A stretch of DNA of 63,336 nt, the filler included, from Octopus bimaculoides (lineage: Eukaryota): NCBI RefSeq assembly GCF_001194135.2. It is 6 parts of 6 records of this genome, joined end to end, with 100 filler letters (N's around TTAATTAATTAA, not from the genome) between each part and the next. Parts side by side here need not be neighbours in the genome. Positions count along the whole stretch, not along the records: positions 50,474 to 54,445 come from NC_068985.1; positions 54,546 to 63,336 come from NC_069000.1; 4 more parts are not named here. The stretch is one strand, 5' to 3'. The notes under the pieces were generated by a model. That model had not been told where the DNA came from. It did no database searches and saw only the letters and a list, made by a program, of their open reading frames with translations. Position numbers and translations under genes: made by a program. Of the stretch, positions 51,311 through 63,336 are shown one piece after another. The stretch's first letter is position 1. Each line of letters begins with the position of its first letter.

Positions 51311-52089
51311 CTTTAATTTCTTATATATAATTTATTGTTGTTGTCTCTTGTACTAATATTTTCTGCTTTCTTATAAGCACATAGCCATGAGTTTATAAGA
51401 AATAATGCCACATACACACCAGAAGTTTGGAAAGTAATAATCAACCATGGTAGGTCTTGAACGTGGAGGAGCAGAGAACTAAGCACTATATTGCATTTAG
51501 TTTCTCACTTGACAGTTCCTGCCATTATGACATTTAATGTTTCTCCAGTAATTGTTGTCATTTTTAACTTCTGTCAGTAACAATTCATACATTTATGAGT
51601 ATTACCCATCCTGTTTCTGAATATGTCTCCCTATATGATGCCTTTAATTTTGTTCATGTAGTGGATTCATGAATAAGAATTCATTGCAGTATCTAGACAG
51701 TGTTGCTGGCTAATGAAAAACTAATCATTTTAAGTGTCTTCTCTGCATAGATTAGGGAACGGTATCTTCTCACAAGAGCCAAGTACACCTCATTGTTGAA
51801 CAAAAACATTCAGAGACACATGTGAATGCCTAACAACAATATATAATGTTTAAATAATGAAATATTGTCTAAACTGAGAGTTTTCATTGAACACAACTCT
51901 TATTATTTGAGTAACTTTCTGTCCTTTCTGTTGCTTTATCAGGACTGTGAAATCTACTTATTTGCAAATTTCTTCTTGATTACTGTTGCATCATCTACTG
52001 AAGCCTATGTTAGCATGTAAACTAGGTATGAATAACTTGTTAATGCATTTAAAATGGAGATATTCAAATACAAGTTTCAGAAATGTTGG

Positions 52090-52555
52090 TGCAGGTGTGG
52101 CTGTGTGGTAAGAAGTTTGCTTCCTAACCACGTGGTTCCTGCTTCAGTCTGACTGCATGGCACTTAGGGCAAGTGTCTTCTACTATAGCCTTGGACCAAC
52201 CAAAGCCTTGGTTGATGAAATCTGAAAGAAATCTGTCATATACATGCAAGAGTGTGTGTGTATGTGTGTGTGTGTTTGTGTGTGTGTGTGCATGTGTGTG
52301 TGTTTGTGTGTGTTTGTGTGTATGTGTGTGTGTGTCTTTGTGCCCGTGTTTGTCCCCCCACCACTGCTTGACAATTAGTGTTGGTGTGTTTACATCCCTA
52401 TAACTTAGTGGTTTGGCAAAAGGGACCAACAGAATAAGTACCAGGCATTAAAAAAAAAACTGGTGTTGATTCATTCAAATAAAAATTGTTTAAAGTGGTG
52501 CTCCAGCATGGCTGCAGTCTAATGACTGAAACAAATAAAAGATAAAAGATAAAAT
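52090..52555 (+). mobile_element. Composite tRNA-SINE copy
   Basis: Head, (TG)n interior and tail as at 22975-23373. Confidence 0.85.
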
Positions 52556-52939
52556 GTCTTAATATCTAATTTATCTCCTCTTTTGTATTGAGGAAAATAT
52601 GATTGAAATGATTTTCTTTGCAATAAGATTCCTGTTTTGCTTTCATCTATTAAGTATTACAACAGCAATATTAAACAAGTTCAAATTTATGCCCTGAAGA
52701 AGCATCTGGACAATCATGAATAATCCCAAGTTGCATTTAATAAGGAAAACAATGACAATAGCAACAGGAAGACAACGACAACGTTTGCAGAAACAATAGC
52801 TGCACAGATGACATTAGCTTTATACAAATTAAGAACAATGACATTAGCAGCGACAATAGTTAAAACAACAATGGTAAGACCAGGAATAAGGACAGTATCA
52901 GTAACTACAACAGCATGCACTGCAGAAGCCATTAAAATC

Positions 52940-52986
<47 letters not shown>

Positions 52987-53053
52987 TAATAATGATAATA
53001 ATAATAGTAATAGTAATAACAACAACAACATCATCATCATCATCATCATCATC
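52940..53053. repeat. Compound (AAT)n-(AAC)n-(CAT)n microsatellite
   Basis: Directly visible trinucleotide runs. Confidence 0.9.
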
Positions 53054-53784
53054 ATTACCTCTGTCAAGGGAAGGAGGTTATATTTTACATTGGCGTTGGT
53101 TTGTCTGTCTATCCCTCTGTCTGTCCCTCGGTGTGCAAAATAACTCAAAAAGTTGTGAACGGTATTTGATGAAACATGCAGGAAAAGTTGGTAAGGACAC
53201 AAGGAACAGATGATGAAATTTTGGTAGTGATCCGAGAATTTTTATGGATTCTTGAAGGATTTTTCATTTGTTATATTTACTTCATATGACCATCGTCCAT
53301 GGTGATTTCAACATGGATCTCCTTGATTTCCCTAACCATGAGATCTTGACAACTATGAACCAGTTTGGGTTCAACCAACGAGTCCAAAAACCCACCACCG
53401 TCTATGGAAGCCTGATAGATCATGTTTATGTGAACCAGGATCAGCGTCCACAAGTCACCATAACTGACTGTTACTTTTCCGACCCTGATGTTGTGTGTGT
53501 ATCACTCAAGTTTTAGGTAATTGTTGTTTCTTTTTAGTTGTATGGTGAAACTAGCTTGCTGTTTGTCATTGATGTATTATAACTGCTTCAGATGATTCTT
53601 GTTTTTAAAACGGGGTCTTTTTTAAAAATCAGATGGATGTGTTATTTCTTTTTTACCCCCGCTAAGGAGGTTATGTTTTTGCTAGCATTGGTTTGGGAAA
53701 TTGGGTGATTTTCAGCATGCGTATATATGCGTGGAAATAAGCTGCTTGGCAGAAGTCTGCGCACTCCAAGTGCTTTTCTAGTTT
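53054..53784 (+). mobile_element. Helentron-derived non-autonomous element carrying an AP-endonuclease C-terminal fragment
   Basis: 5' ATTACCTC.G.CAAGG..GAGGTTAT.TTTT, repeated at ~53652; 3' CTTGGCAGAAGTCTGCGCACTCCAAGTGC..CTAGTTT; internal ORF GDFNMDLL..GFNQRVQKPTT.YGSLIDHVYV..DCYFSDPD. Confidence 0.65.
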
Positions 53785-54591
53785 AATATGTGTCTTTCAT
53801 GTTAGCATGGGTTGGACAGTTTGGCAGGAGCTGGCCACCCAGGGAGTTGCACTAGGCTCCAATTGTTTGTGTATTAGCATGGTTTCTGTCTGAATGTCCT
53901 TTCTAATGCCAATCACTTTACAGAGTGCACTGGGTGCTTTTTATGTGACACCAGCATGGGAGTTTTATATGTGGAACCAGCATGGTTGCTGTCATGTGGT
54001 ACTGGCATGAGTGCTTTTTATGTGGCACCAGGAGTCATAGAGATATGTCTTAATTTAGTAAGTCTGATGTCCAGAAAGTAAGAAATAATATGCACCAAAA
54101 TGCTACATAAAATGATAGAAAGAAGCCAGAAAACAATAATATCTGCTTCTTGTGGCAGTTTAGGATAACAGAAACTTCATCTAGATCCAAATTTACAAAT
54201 ATTGCAAAATATAAATAGACATATTTTCTGGAAACAATACAAGGTTTAATCAAACCTACATAATTTAGTTTTTTAATTACAAAGAATTTATAATCTCCTG
54301 TAACTGATTTTAAATCTCATCGTTAATTTAACTCATTAATTTTACAGTCAAATTAAGTTTTGCAGGACATATCTATACTACATTCTGATTTATATTTCCT
54401 CTTATAATGATCTGTTACTGTTGAAGTTTTCATTAAAATACTGACNNNNNNNNNNNNNNNNNNNNNNNNNNNNNNNNNNNNNNNNNNNNTTAATTAATTA
54501 ANNNNNNNNNNNNNNNNNNNNNNNNNNNNNNNNNNNNNNNNNNNNATGTATATATATATATATATATATATAAATATATATAAATATACAT

Positions 54592-54623
<32 letters not shown>

Positions 54624-54899
54624 GTATAAATATATATATCATCATCATCATCGTTTAACGTCTGCTTTCCATGCTGGCATATGTTGGACGGTTTGACTGA
54701 GGAATTGCGATCCATATGGCTGTACCAGGCTCCAATCTTATCTGGGAAAGTTTCTACAGCTGAATGCCCTTCCTAACGCCAACCACTCCGTGAGTGTAGT
54801 GGGTGCTTTTATGTGCCACTGGCACATACCAGTCAGGTGATACTGGCAATGGCTACGCTGAAATTTCGAGTAGGTGGGTTAGCATAATTTCTAGCAAAA

Positions 54900-55660
54900 A
54901 GAAGGGCTTTATTTAGTACAATAGGGTTGATAGAGGAATAATAATTATCAATGTCTATTTGTAAAAATTTATATTTATCCTTATTAAACCAATTAATAGT
55001 GCTTGAGTATTAGACCATAGTTCAAAAGATATTTTATTTCTAAATATGGGTATATATTTATCTAAAATAACTCTTCTTAATCTACCTAAGTTCGACTTTC
55101 CCGGGCATATTAATCTAACATTAGGGTTGGTTTGGAAGCTATCCTTATCTTTCAATGTTATCCTAGGTCAAATAGGAATAAATGGTTCAGTTCTATCATC
55201 AATATGGAATTCAGATGTAATCCTTTTGGCTTTTAAATTAATTGTTCTAAGTACACTTTTGTTTACTATTTTACTTTTCTTTGTGATTTTGTTTTTGAGA
55301 AGTTCAAGATATTTGTTAATATTAAGATTGTTTTGTCTGAGTGCACAATAATTCTGTCCTTGGTTTTTAGGTTCATTATTAAATCCTTTCTGGTGTATAT
55401 TTCTTCTAAGTGGATGCTTGGCAAATTTAATATTTTTAATTATAGTCCATAATTCCCATTCAAATGCTTCAAGGTGGTGATGAGGTTGTGGGATTTTCTT
55501 GGTTGTAAGGTTTTTGGTTATGTTCCATTTCTCTATTTGTAATTCATTTTGTGTATCAGATTTCTTGTTAAAATGAAAAGCTCTCCATTGGAGTCTATGA
55601 ATGAATTCATTAGTTTGTTATTAGGTCCTTCATATATTTTTTCTTTGCTGGCATAGCTCT
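54900..55660 (-). mobile_element. Penelope-like RT N-terminal fragment
   Basis: FIHRLQWRAFHF..HLEAFEWELWTIIKNIKF..IIVHSDKT..ITLKDKDSFQTNPNVRLICPGKSNLGRL..ILDK..LWSNTQ. Confidence 0.85.
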
Positions 55661-55664
55661 TTCT

Positions 55665-56025
55665 CTTTACTCTTTTACTTGTTTCAGTCATTTGACTGGC
55701 CATGCTGGAGCACCGCCTTTAGTCGAGCGAATCAACCCCGGGACTTATTCTTTGTAAGCCCAGTACTTATTCTATCGGTCTCTTTTGCCGAACCGCTAAG
55801 TAACAGGGACATAAACACACCAGCATTGGTTGTCAAGCAATGCTAGGGGGACAAACACACACACACAAACACACACATATATATATACATATATACGATG
55901 GGCTTCCTTCAGTTTCCGTCTACCAAATCCACTCACAAGGCTTTGGTCGGCCCGAGGCTATAGTAGAAGACACTTGCCCAAGGTGCCACGCAGTGGGACT
56001 GAACCCGGAACCATGTGGTTGGTAA
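55665..56025 (-). mobile_element. Composite tRNA-SINE, low-divergence copy
   Basis: CpG-retaining copy of the 22975 family, reversed. Confidence 0.88.
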
Positions 56026-58439
56026 TTTCAATACTCTCCATTTTACCAGTGTAGTTCTTTTTATTTATTATCAAAGCAATAAATAAATAAATGTTAATTA
56101 TTTAAGTTAAATAGAGGATATATTAACCTCATCAAGGGATGATTACATCCAAGAAAACACTGGTTCTATACCAAATATTTACATATATAGGTCCTCACAC
56201 ATGCTAATGCACATGTGTATGTATATGAATGCATATAGATATAGTGTTTGCATGTATTATTGGCAACATGTTATGAGTATGCATACAAAACATGTAAATG
56301 TATAAATGTCAAAGTTACATATTCCTTTCTCTCTTAGGAAATGTTTGTGTGATTATGTCAGTGGAAACACACACATGGACCTTGTGGAGATAAAAAAAAT
56401 TTTTTTCCAGGATAAAGAGGTAAGGATTGATGACAGAAAGAGCATCTGGCTGTAAATGCCTACCTTAAATAACTCGTCACTCAAATCGTGATAGCATGGG
56501 AATTCAGGCATTAAATAAATATGTACCTACTTATCTCTCTCACTCTTGAATTAATTAATTGATTGATTGATTAATTAATTACCTACCTACCTACATACAT
56601 ACATAAACACACACTCACACACATACATATACAGTCAAATTCTTATTTAACAAAAATTTTGTTTAATGAAAATTCCATTTAATGATCCTCAAAATTTTAT
56701 TTTGGAAAGTTTTGTGTATAAACTCTTGACATAGATGATAGTTAATGAGATTTGGAATAACAAATACATAAAAAAAGGATTTTAAAAGAATTTTAGAAAT
56801 ATTTTCGGAATTTTTTGATAAATTTAATATTTGATAATGATATGTCTATCACTTGTATTTGTATAAAATGGGAGACAAGAGTATTCGAATAGGCTAAGAT
56901 GCCAGGACCAGCAACATAGCCTGTTTCGCTGGTTGTGCAACTAGTACTCCTTTACATAAATATGTACACTGGTTAGTTCACTGTCTGATATATGTTAGAT
57001 GAGTTTATAATTTTATTCATTAAACGATCATTTATTTTAATGCAGTATATGTAAACATGTAAATGAAGTATTATTTGAGGTAGAGCCCTTGAGATCGTCA
57101 GTGCAGTGGTTGTATGAGATGTGTAGGCAGGGCTTGAACATCATATACAAAAACCCCAACTATATAATATATAGCATATGAAAGCTTTAGTTTTAAAGTT
57201 TGTGTCAAAGTGGAGGTTAATCCAAAGAAAACATTATTTTATGGAAATGCATTATGACTTTCTTTGACAGTGTCCCTAAAATCCGTGTGTGCTTTTAAAA
57301 ATGTATTACTCAACATATACAAAACCCAGAACTATATAGTATATAGCATATGAAAGCCTCAATTTTACAGTTTGTGCCAAAGTGGAGTTCATTTGGAAAA
57401 ATAAATATTTTATGCAAAATATGGCATTTTTGTCAAGGAAAGCCATGATTTTAAGAATTGATGGTAGAAAAGATTTTAAATTGTCTTACAACAATTGATG
57501 GTGAACATAAAAAAAAACTTGTGTTAAATCTGTGTTGTTATTTTTAACATTACCTGCCTTCATAATGATAAAACTATTTAAGCATGTTTGTCTTATTTAC
57601 TGGTGGCACTACTGATATTTACTGGTAAAATAGACACCCACTCCAATAGTTAGTTCCATGGCTAAACTGAATGAATATTGTTTATTGTTTCATGAATATT
57701 TAATTTCATTAAAGATGACTAATAATATATTTATTATTTTGAAAATATATTCTTAGTTCTAAAACACTATTTATATTTATTGGCAAAATAGCCTGGGTGT
57801 CTATTTTCCAGGACCAGCACTAGCACAACCGGGAAAATAGCCTATTTTGCTGAGCTCAACAAGATAACCTCATCGAAGAGTATTTTGATCAAAATATCAT
57901 CATATGTGGTAAAATATAACATGAAACACTTTAAATTTATTTTTTATTTGTAAATAAGGAGAGATAATCTACAATATAAAATGGAAGGCAAGCATATCGG
58001 TTGTATTTGTTCCATAAATTTGTTTAATATTCCCTCAAATTAACAGGCACTCATTCATTAAAGAATGAGCAGGCTAGACTATAATTTGTTTGAAAAAAAT
58101 GTGATTAAGACGTTTTAATTATACAAGATCGATTTTACAAAATTTGCGTAAAAAACAGTCAGTTATGACTATTTGAAAACCCAGCATTCAATTCAGCTGA
58201 AACCAAACGCACGAGAAAAAAAAAAAAAAATTTTAGGGATGTAATCCTAAAAATAGCAGATAAAGTATTTGTAAAGATAAATATTTTGACAGAAAAAGTA
58301 CATCTTGTTTTTTTTTTTTATGTTTGAAACGAATTAGATGTTAAATACTGGCCTTTTTTCTATAAAATTGGGGCATTGCACTGAAAAGAAGATCAGAATT
58401 TTCTCTAAATTTGAATATAATTTTGTATAAACCAAAGCC

Positions 58440-59909
58440 ATGTGTGCCAAAGTAAACAACAAAAAGAGCAAAAAGAAAAACATATACAATTTCACAAAAA
58501 TTGGAAGTGTTGAATCACAAGAAAAAGAACCTGTTGGCGACACAAGAGGAACTGAAGAAGAAATTCAAAATGCCAATAGGAGTTATTAATAGTATTCTAA
58601 AGAACAAATCCAAATGCAAGCAAAAAACAGATCACCAAGGAAAGAAGAATTTAGTAAATCTGAATGTTATAAAAGCTATCCACGATCCACTTTATGAGAG
58701 GATTCAGAAAAAAACGATCAAATTTTCACACAGTAACCAATAATACGCTGAAGATTATGGCTCTTAAAATTGCAGATTGTTTTCAAATCAAAGATTTTAA
58801 AGCTTCACAGATGTGGATTACATGGTTTAAAGAAAATTTCGGCATGAAATCAAGGACAATTTCCAGAGAAGAAGAACTAGTAAATCCCATTGTAATAAAG
58901 AACTCATTCTCTGATTTTTTTGAAAAATCCCCAAAATACTAACCTCAAGATATTTTTAATTGCGATGAAACAGGTCTTTCATATAAATCTCCTCCCAAAA
59001 ATACACTGGTTCTTAACACAGAAGAACGAGCCTTGGGAATATTTTCAAAAGATCGCATGACAGTAGAATAGAACTGGTGGGAAAATAATGCCTCTTATAA
59101 TCAATAAATTCAAATCTCTGCAGGCTTTTAAGAATATTAACATGGAAGCTTTGGGACTAGAATATACTCATAGTGGAAAATCTTGGTTATGACTGGTTTT
59201 ATATTTAGAGATTGGTTGAAACGGCTTAACGAAAAAATGGTTACAGTTAATAAGAAAATACTTCTTTTGCTTGATAATGCTGCCGTTCATTACATCAATA
59301 TCAATTTGAGCAATATAGAACTATATTATTTGCCGGCGAATTGCACATCAAAAATACAGCCTTATTGATCAAGGTATTCATTCTTTTAAAGCCTCTTATA
59401 GAAAGATTTTCTTAAGGAATTTTAGTATGATAAACAAGAAAGATATTAATTTCATTGATCAGATTAAGAAATTCAAGTTATTTAATGCTCTTCCCCTTAT
59501 AATTGAGGCATGGAATTCCGTTTCGGTTGCTACAATAAAAAATTGTTTTAATCATGTCTTCAAAAATAGGGAAGGAACAGATAAAAGTATTGAAATGCCG
59601 GCCAGAAACATGGATGTTAGGGAAAATTCAATCAAAACTGATGAAGAAGAAACAGCATTCTATGATAATTTAAATCTACCTGTCTATGCTGACAATAATC
59701 TACAAGATGAAATTTTCATAGAGAACCTTGTTATCAATGATGAGCCCAAAATTTTTGATGAATTGGAAAATCAAACAAAGGAAAGCGAAAAAATTGGTCT
59801 TTCCGATGCGGATTATCATCTTGAAAAGCTAGAAAGAGGTGAAACAAGCTGCTGTCTTGAGGAGAATTTTATTCGAAATGAAAAGAAAAAAGGAAATCAG
59901 TCAAGATAA
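58440..59909 (+). pseudogene. Tigger/pogo (TIGD-like) transposase, disrupted
   Basis: RKTYTISQKLEVL (psq-type HTH), FKASQMWITWFK (CENP-B HTH), IFNCDETGL, ILLLLDNAAVH, LPANCTSKIQP-DQGI and EAWNSVSVATIKNCF; several stops and frameshifts. Confidence 0.9.
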
Positions 59910-60639
59910 CTGATTGTTTTTAGAAGAATATAATTAAATTTTTGATCATATTCCTTTTAAAACCATAACTATAGTTTAAATCAAAGAAATGAGTGCATGA
60001 TATTACCACAAGCAATACATCATTCTTTACTATATTTAAAAATTTTTGTTNNNNNNNNNNNNNNNNNNNNNNNNNNNNNNNNNNNNNNNNNNNNNNNNNN
60101 NNNNNNNNNNNNNNNNNNNNNNNNNNNNNNNNNNNNNNNNNNNNNNNNNNNNNNNNNNNNNNNNNNNNNNNNNNNNNNNNNNNNNNNNNNNNNNNNNNNN
60201 NNNNNNNNNNNNNNNNNNNNNNNNNNNNNNNNNNNNNNNNNNNNNNNNNNNNNNNNNNNNNNNNNNNNNNNNNNNNNNNNNNNNNNNNNNNNNNNNNNNN
60301 NNNNNNNNNNNNNNNNNNNNNNNNNNNNNNNNNNNNNNNNNNNNNNNNNNNNNNNNNNNNNNNNNNNNNNNNNNNNNNNNNNNNNNNNNNNNNNNNNNNN
60401 NNNNNNNNNNNNNNNNNNNNNNNNNNNNNNNNNNNNNNNNNNNNNNNNNNNNNNNNNNNNNNNNNNNNNNNNNNNNNNNNNNNNNNNNNNNNNNNNNNNN
60501 NNNNNNATATATATATATATATGGATAGATAAATAGAAAGCAGGGAATGAGCGCACTAAACAAAAAATACAAACATGTATACAAATATATGCATCTACAC
60601 CTTACACATGAATACACACATACTTATATGTGTGTTCAT

Positions 60640-62480
60640 TGATATCATAAAGAAGAATGGAGAATTATACACCTTCAAGAACTATTTATTATTCTCATTA
60701 AATTCCAATCCAACATGTGTTTCTGCTGGATAAATGTCCTAATGGCATTTGATGTAGCATTTACGTGCAATTAGTTGATTCATTTGTAGTATATATTCAT
60801 GCAGCTTTGTTCAAGTTTTTACCCCTTTGGATAGCTAACACAGTCTTCAGAACTCAACCACAAATAAACCTGCGAAATTTTTCACTGCACTAAATAGATA
60901 CTTACCACCATCTAGCAAATACAGTCAGATTTTCAATTGGCATACAATTAGGTTTGCCTTTCTAACAAGTAGGAACCTAGTCTAACTTATTGCAGCACAC
61001 AGCTTTAAGAGAATTAGAGAATTCACTAGTAGGAACCTAGTAAACATAAATAATAAAACTAATATAAATAGTAATAATATGACTGGTGATAATAATAACT
61101 ATACAGATAAGGTGGAACATAATATAAATAGTTCTAGCAGAATAATGAACATCTGTTCGGCTAGTAGTAGTAGTGAAAACAATAGAGAATCAACAGAAGT
61201 GTATGGGAAGTAACTGAGTCCAAATCACACTTGTCAAACTGGTAATATCAATAGAGTGATTAATAATACTATAGACGGAGTACATAATACTTTTGTCAGT
61301 AGCAAGCAAAGAGTTGATATTAATAAGCATTATTTCTAATTGTCACAACAAATTAACATATCCACTTGAAGGTTTATACCTCAGAAGAAACCTAGTTTAT
61401 AGATTGTACAGTAACAGCTGATCGTATTTCTAATTATTACATAGAGTCGTATTCTACTGGCTTTAAGCAAAGAGTATGCAACCACCTTTCGTCATTCAAA
61501 ATTAAGGAAAAAAATGTATTGTACAAGTTAGAGTGGATTAATCTGGACTTTAAAAGATAGGAACACTAAATATGATATTAAATGCACATTTATTCATAAA
61601 ACTTCATTATATACTATTGGGAATTGGAAATGTGATCTATGCTTGGAAGAAATATTCCATATCTTTACCTCTAAATTGCAAGTTATGAAATCATGGAAAT
61701 TAATAAACTCTTTCCAAATAAAGGTTTTTAATTACAAATGACGTAAATAGAAGTGCACATCAGTTAATATAGTCAAATAATCATAAATTTACTTGAGTTA
61801 GATTTTATCAAACTCACACTAAACGATACAATTAAAAAGTATTGTATTTTTGTTTTTTTGTTTATTGTGAAATGAGACAGAATTTCAACTTACTTTATCT
61901 ATTGCAATTAATACCTGACTTCTAAAATTCAACACTGTATAAAACTTTATTGCTATGGACTGATCTGATAACCTGAATTGAAATAATATTTATTTCCTTA
62001 TTTATCTAATATGGTATCATAGTATCTTCATTATGAGTGGTCAGTGACGTGAGTGCGTCCTGACCTAATTAAATGTTTTTTCTACTACGTGTATAAAATA
62101 AGCTGTTCCCTTACTAAAAAAAGTCATTCTAAGTTTAAGTGATACCAGAACTGTAGTCGTATTGTATTTCAATGCAAAGTGTACTATCATGTACTCTGAG
62201 GCTTTATAATCTCTCATCTAGAATATACTTTAAGAAGGATTTTCTAATACTTGAATCATCAGTTCACTTCACTCACCCAAATGGGTAAAATCTCGCGCAA
62301 AGTTGCATTGGAATGATCACCTTGGATGAATATATACTGCAAATTAATCAACTAAATGTACATCAAAGAACACTAGAAAACCTTTCCAGCAGAAACACAT
62401 ATCACATTGGAATTTAATGACAATAATGCTGTAATGAATAATTTTTGAAGATGTATAATTCTCCATTCTTCTTTATGATG
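60640..62480. repeat. ~200-bp inverted repeat pair (60640-60835 / 62275-62480)
   Basis: The reverse complement of the left arm matches the right arm (ATGAATATATACT.CAAAT.AATCAACTAA; CCAGCAGAAACACAT; TTGGAATTTAATGA.AATAAT; GTATAATTCTCCATTCTTCTTTATGAT). Confidence 0.8.
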
Positions 62481-62704
62481 TCTTTATTATATACTCTGGA
62501 TACTGTATGAAATCCAATGAAGTGAACTCAGGATTTACTTATTGAGAGCGAAATACAGTTTAACTGTAATGCCAAATTCTGAGTACCGAAAATGTAACAA
62601 AGCTAGTATATATAACGTATGAACATGTATCAATTTGGAAAAATGGAAGAACTTATGAGAGAATTCAAGGAGTACCAACTGAACATCTTGAGAATGTAAA
62701 CAAA

Positions 62705-62910
62705 CCAACACAGGTTGTCAAGCAATGGTGGGGCACAGACACATACACAAAAAGAAGCTTCTTTCAGTTTCCCCTCAATCAATTCCTTTCACAAGGATTT
62801 GGTTGGCCTGAGGCTATAGTAGAATACACTTGCCTGAGGTGTAATGCAGTGGGACTGAACCCAGAACCCTGTGGTTGGGAAGCTCAGTTTGTACTACATA
62901 GCCATGCCTA
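62705..62910 (-). mobile_element. Composite tRNA-SINE, partial
   Basis: Reversed head of the 22975 family. Confidence 0.75.
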
Positions 62911-63099
62911 TATATATATCATAAGGATCTTCCTCTCCTTTGCAATCTTGTCCTTTTTTGTGTTAGCCTTGTGCTCTGGGACATATTTCTGGCATATAGT
63001 TTGCATAATAGACATGAAATATTCTAGTCTCATGCCAATGTCTGGTGTGGAGAGACATTTTGGCTAGTCTGGTCTGAGGTATATATGTGTGTGTATATA

Positions 63100-63336
63100 T
63101 CATCATCATCATCAATATCATCGTTTAGCATCCATTTTCCATGCTCGCATGGGTTGGACAGTTTGACTGAGGACTGGTGAGCCAGATGGCTGCACCAGGC
63201 TCCAATCTGATTTGGCAGAGTTTCTACAGCTGGATGCCCTTCCTAACACCAACCACTCCGAGAGAGTAGTGGGTGCTTTTACGTGCCACCAGCATGAGAG
63301 CCAGCCAGGCGGTACTGGCAACGGCCATGCTCAAAT
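63100..63336 (-). mobile_element. RTE 3'-tail repeat, cut by the window end
   Basis: CATCATCATC..GTTTAGCATCCATTTTCCATGC..GGGTTGGACAGTTTGAC family; a close relative lies at 54640-54860. Confidence 0.8.

Noticed and set aside
52690-52740. CTGAAGA here and at ~32030 as further hammerhead cores
   Set aside because: No downstream GAAA-stem III-NUH arrangement.
54050-54253. Hydrophobic 67-aa ORF as a possible terminal exon
   Set aside because: AT-rich composition explains the F/L/I content; no recognisable motif or linked exon.
25464-54501. TTAATTAATTAA in the middle of five ~100-bp N gaps (25464, 28474, 32466, 50418, 54490)
   Set aside because: An identical all-frame-stop linker centred in fixed-size gaps is an assembly or scaffolding artefact, not biology.
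62288-62347. Exon-like 60-bp minus-strand segment (YIFIQGDHSNATLREILPIW) that could splice to 60906-60961
   Set aside because: It lies inside one arm of a repeat pair, the peptide matches no family I recognise, and no further compatible exon was found.
62600-63070. Short LINE-like peptides (YQFGKMEELMREFKEYQLNIL; EYFMSIMQTICQKYVPEHK)
   Set aside because: Probably old LINE crumbs, but too short and degraded to classify.

Overview
AT-rich, repeat-dense animal genomic DNA from a gapped draft assembly. The organism is most likely an octopus or other coleoid cephalopod, inferred from the tandem C2H2 gene style and the SINE/RTE repeat landscape. Host genes, all on the minus strand: (1) five internal coding exons of an SLC5 sodium:solute symporter of the SMCT/SMVT/NIS subfamily (24091 down to 5149), spliced by eye into a continuous frame with GT-AG sites, none of which appear in the supplied ORF track; (2) a 17-finger C2H2 zinc-finger gene or pseudogene (45466-47000); (3) a chimeric ORF (48378-48959) in which a Merlin/IS1595-family DDE transposase core runs in frame into the 3' end of a paralogous C2H2 array. 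The rest is mobile DNA: RTE LINEs and their (GAT)n tails, Penelope-like elements, a stack of R4/Dong-like retrotransposon 3' ends in a (TACA)n microsatellite, mariner and Tigger remnants, a Helentron derivative, a probable solo LTR, MITEs, several tRNA-SINE families and a 5S rRNA pseudogene. The best leads are the Merlin-C2H2 fusion with its DDE triad intact, two degenerate minimal hammerhead ribozyme motifs (one in a Penelope pseudo-LTR, one in a tRNA-headed SINE), and the microsatellite-associated R4-like stack. All calls are from manual reading without searches, repeat boundaries are approximate, and nothing here proves a functional new system.
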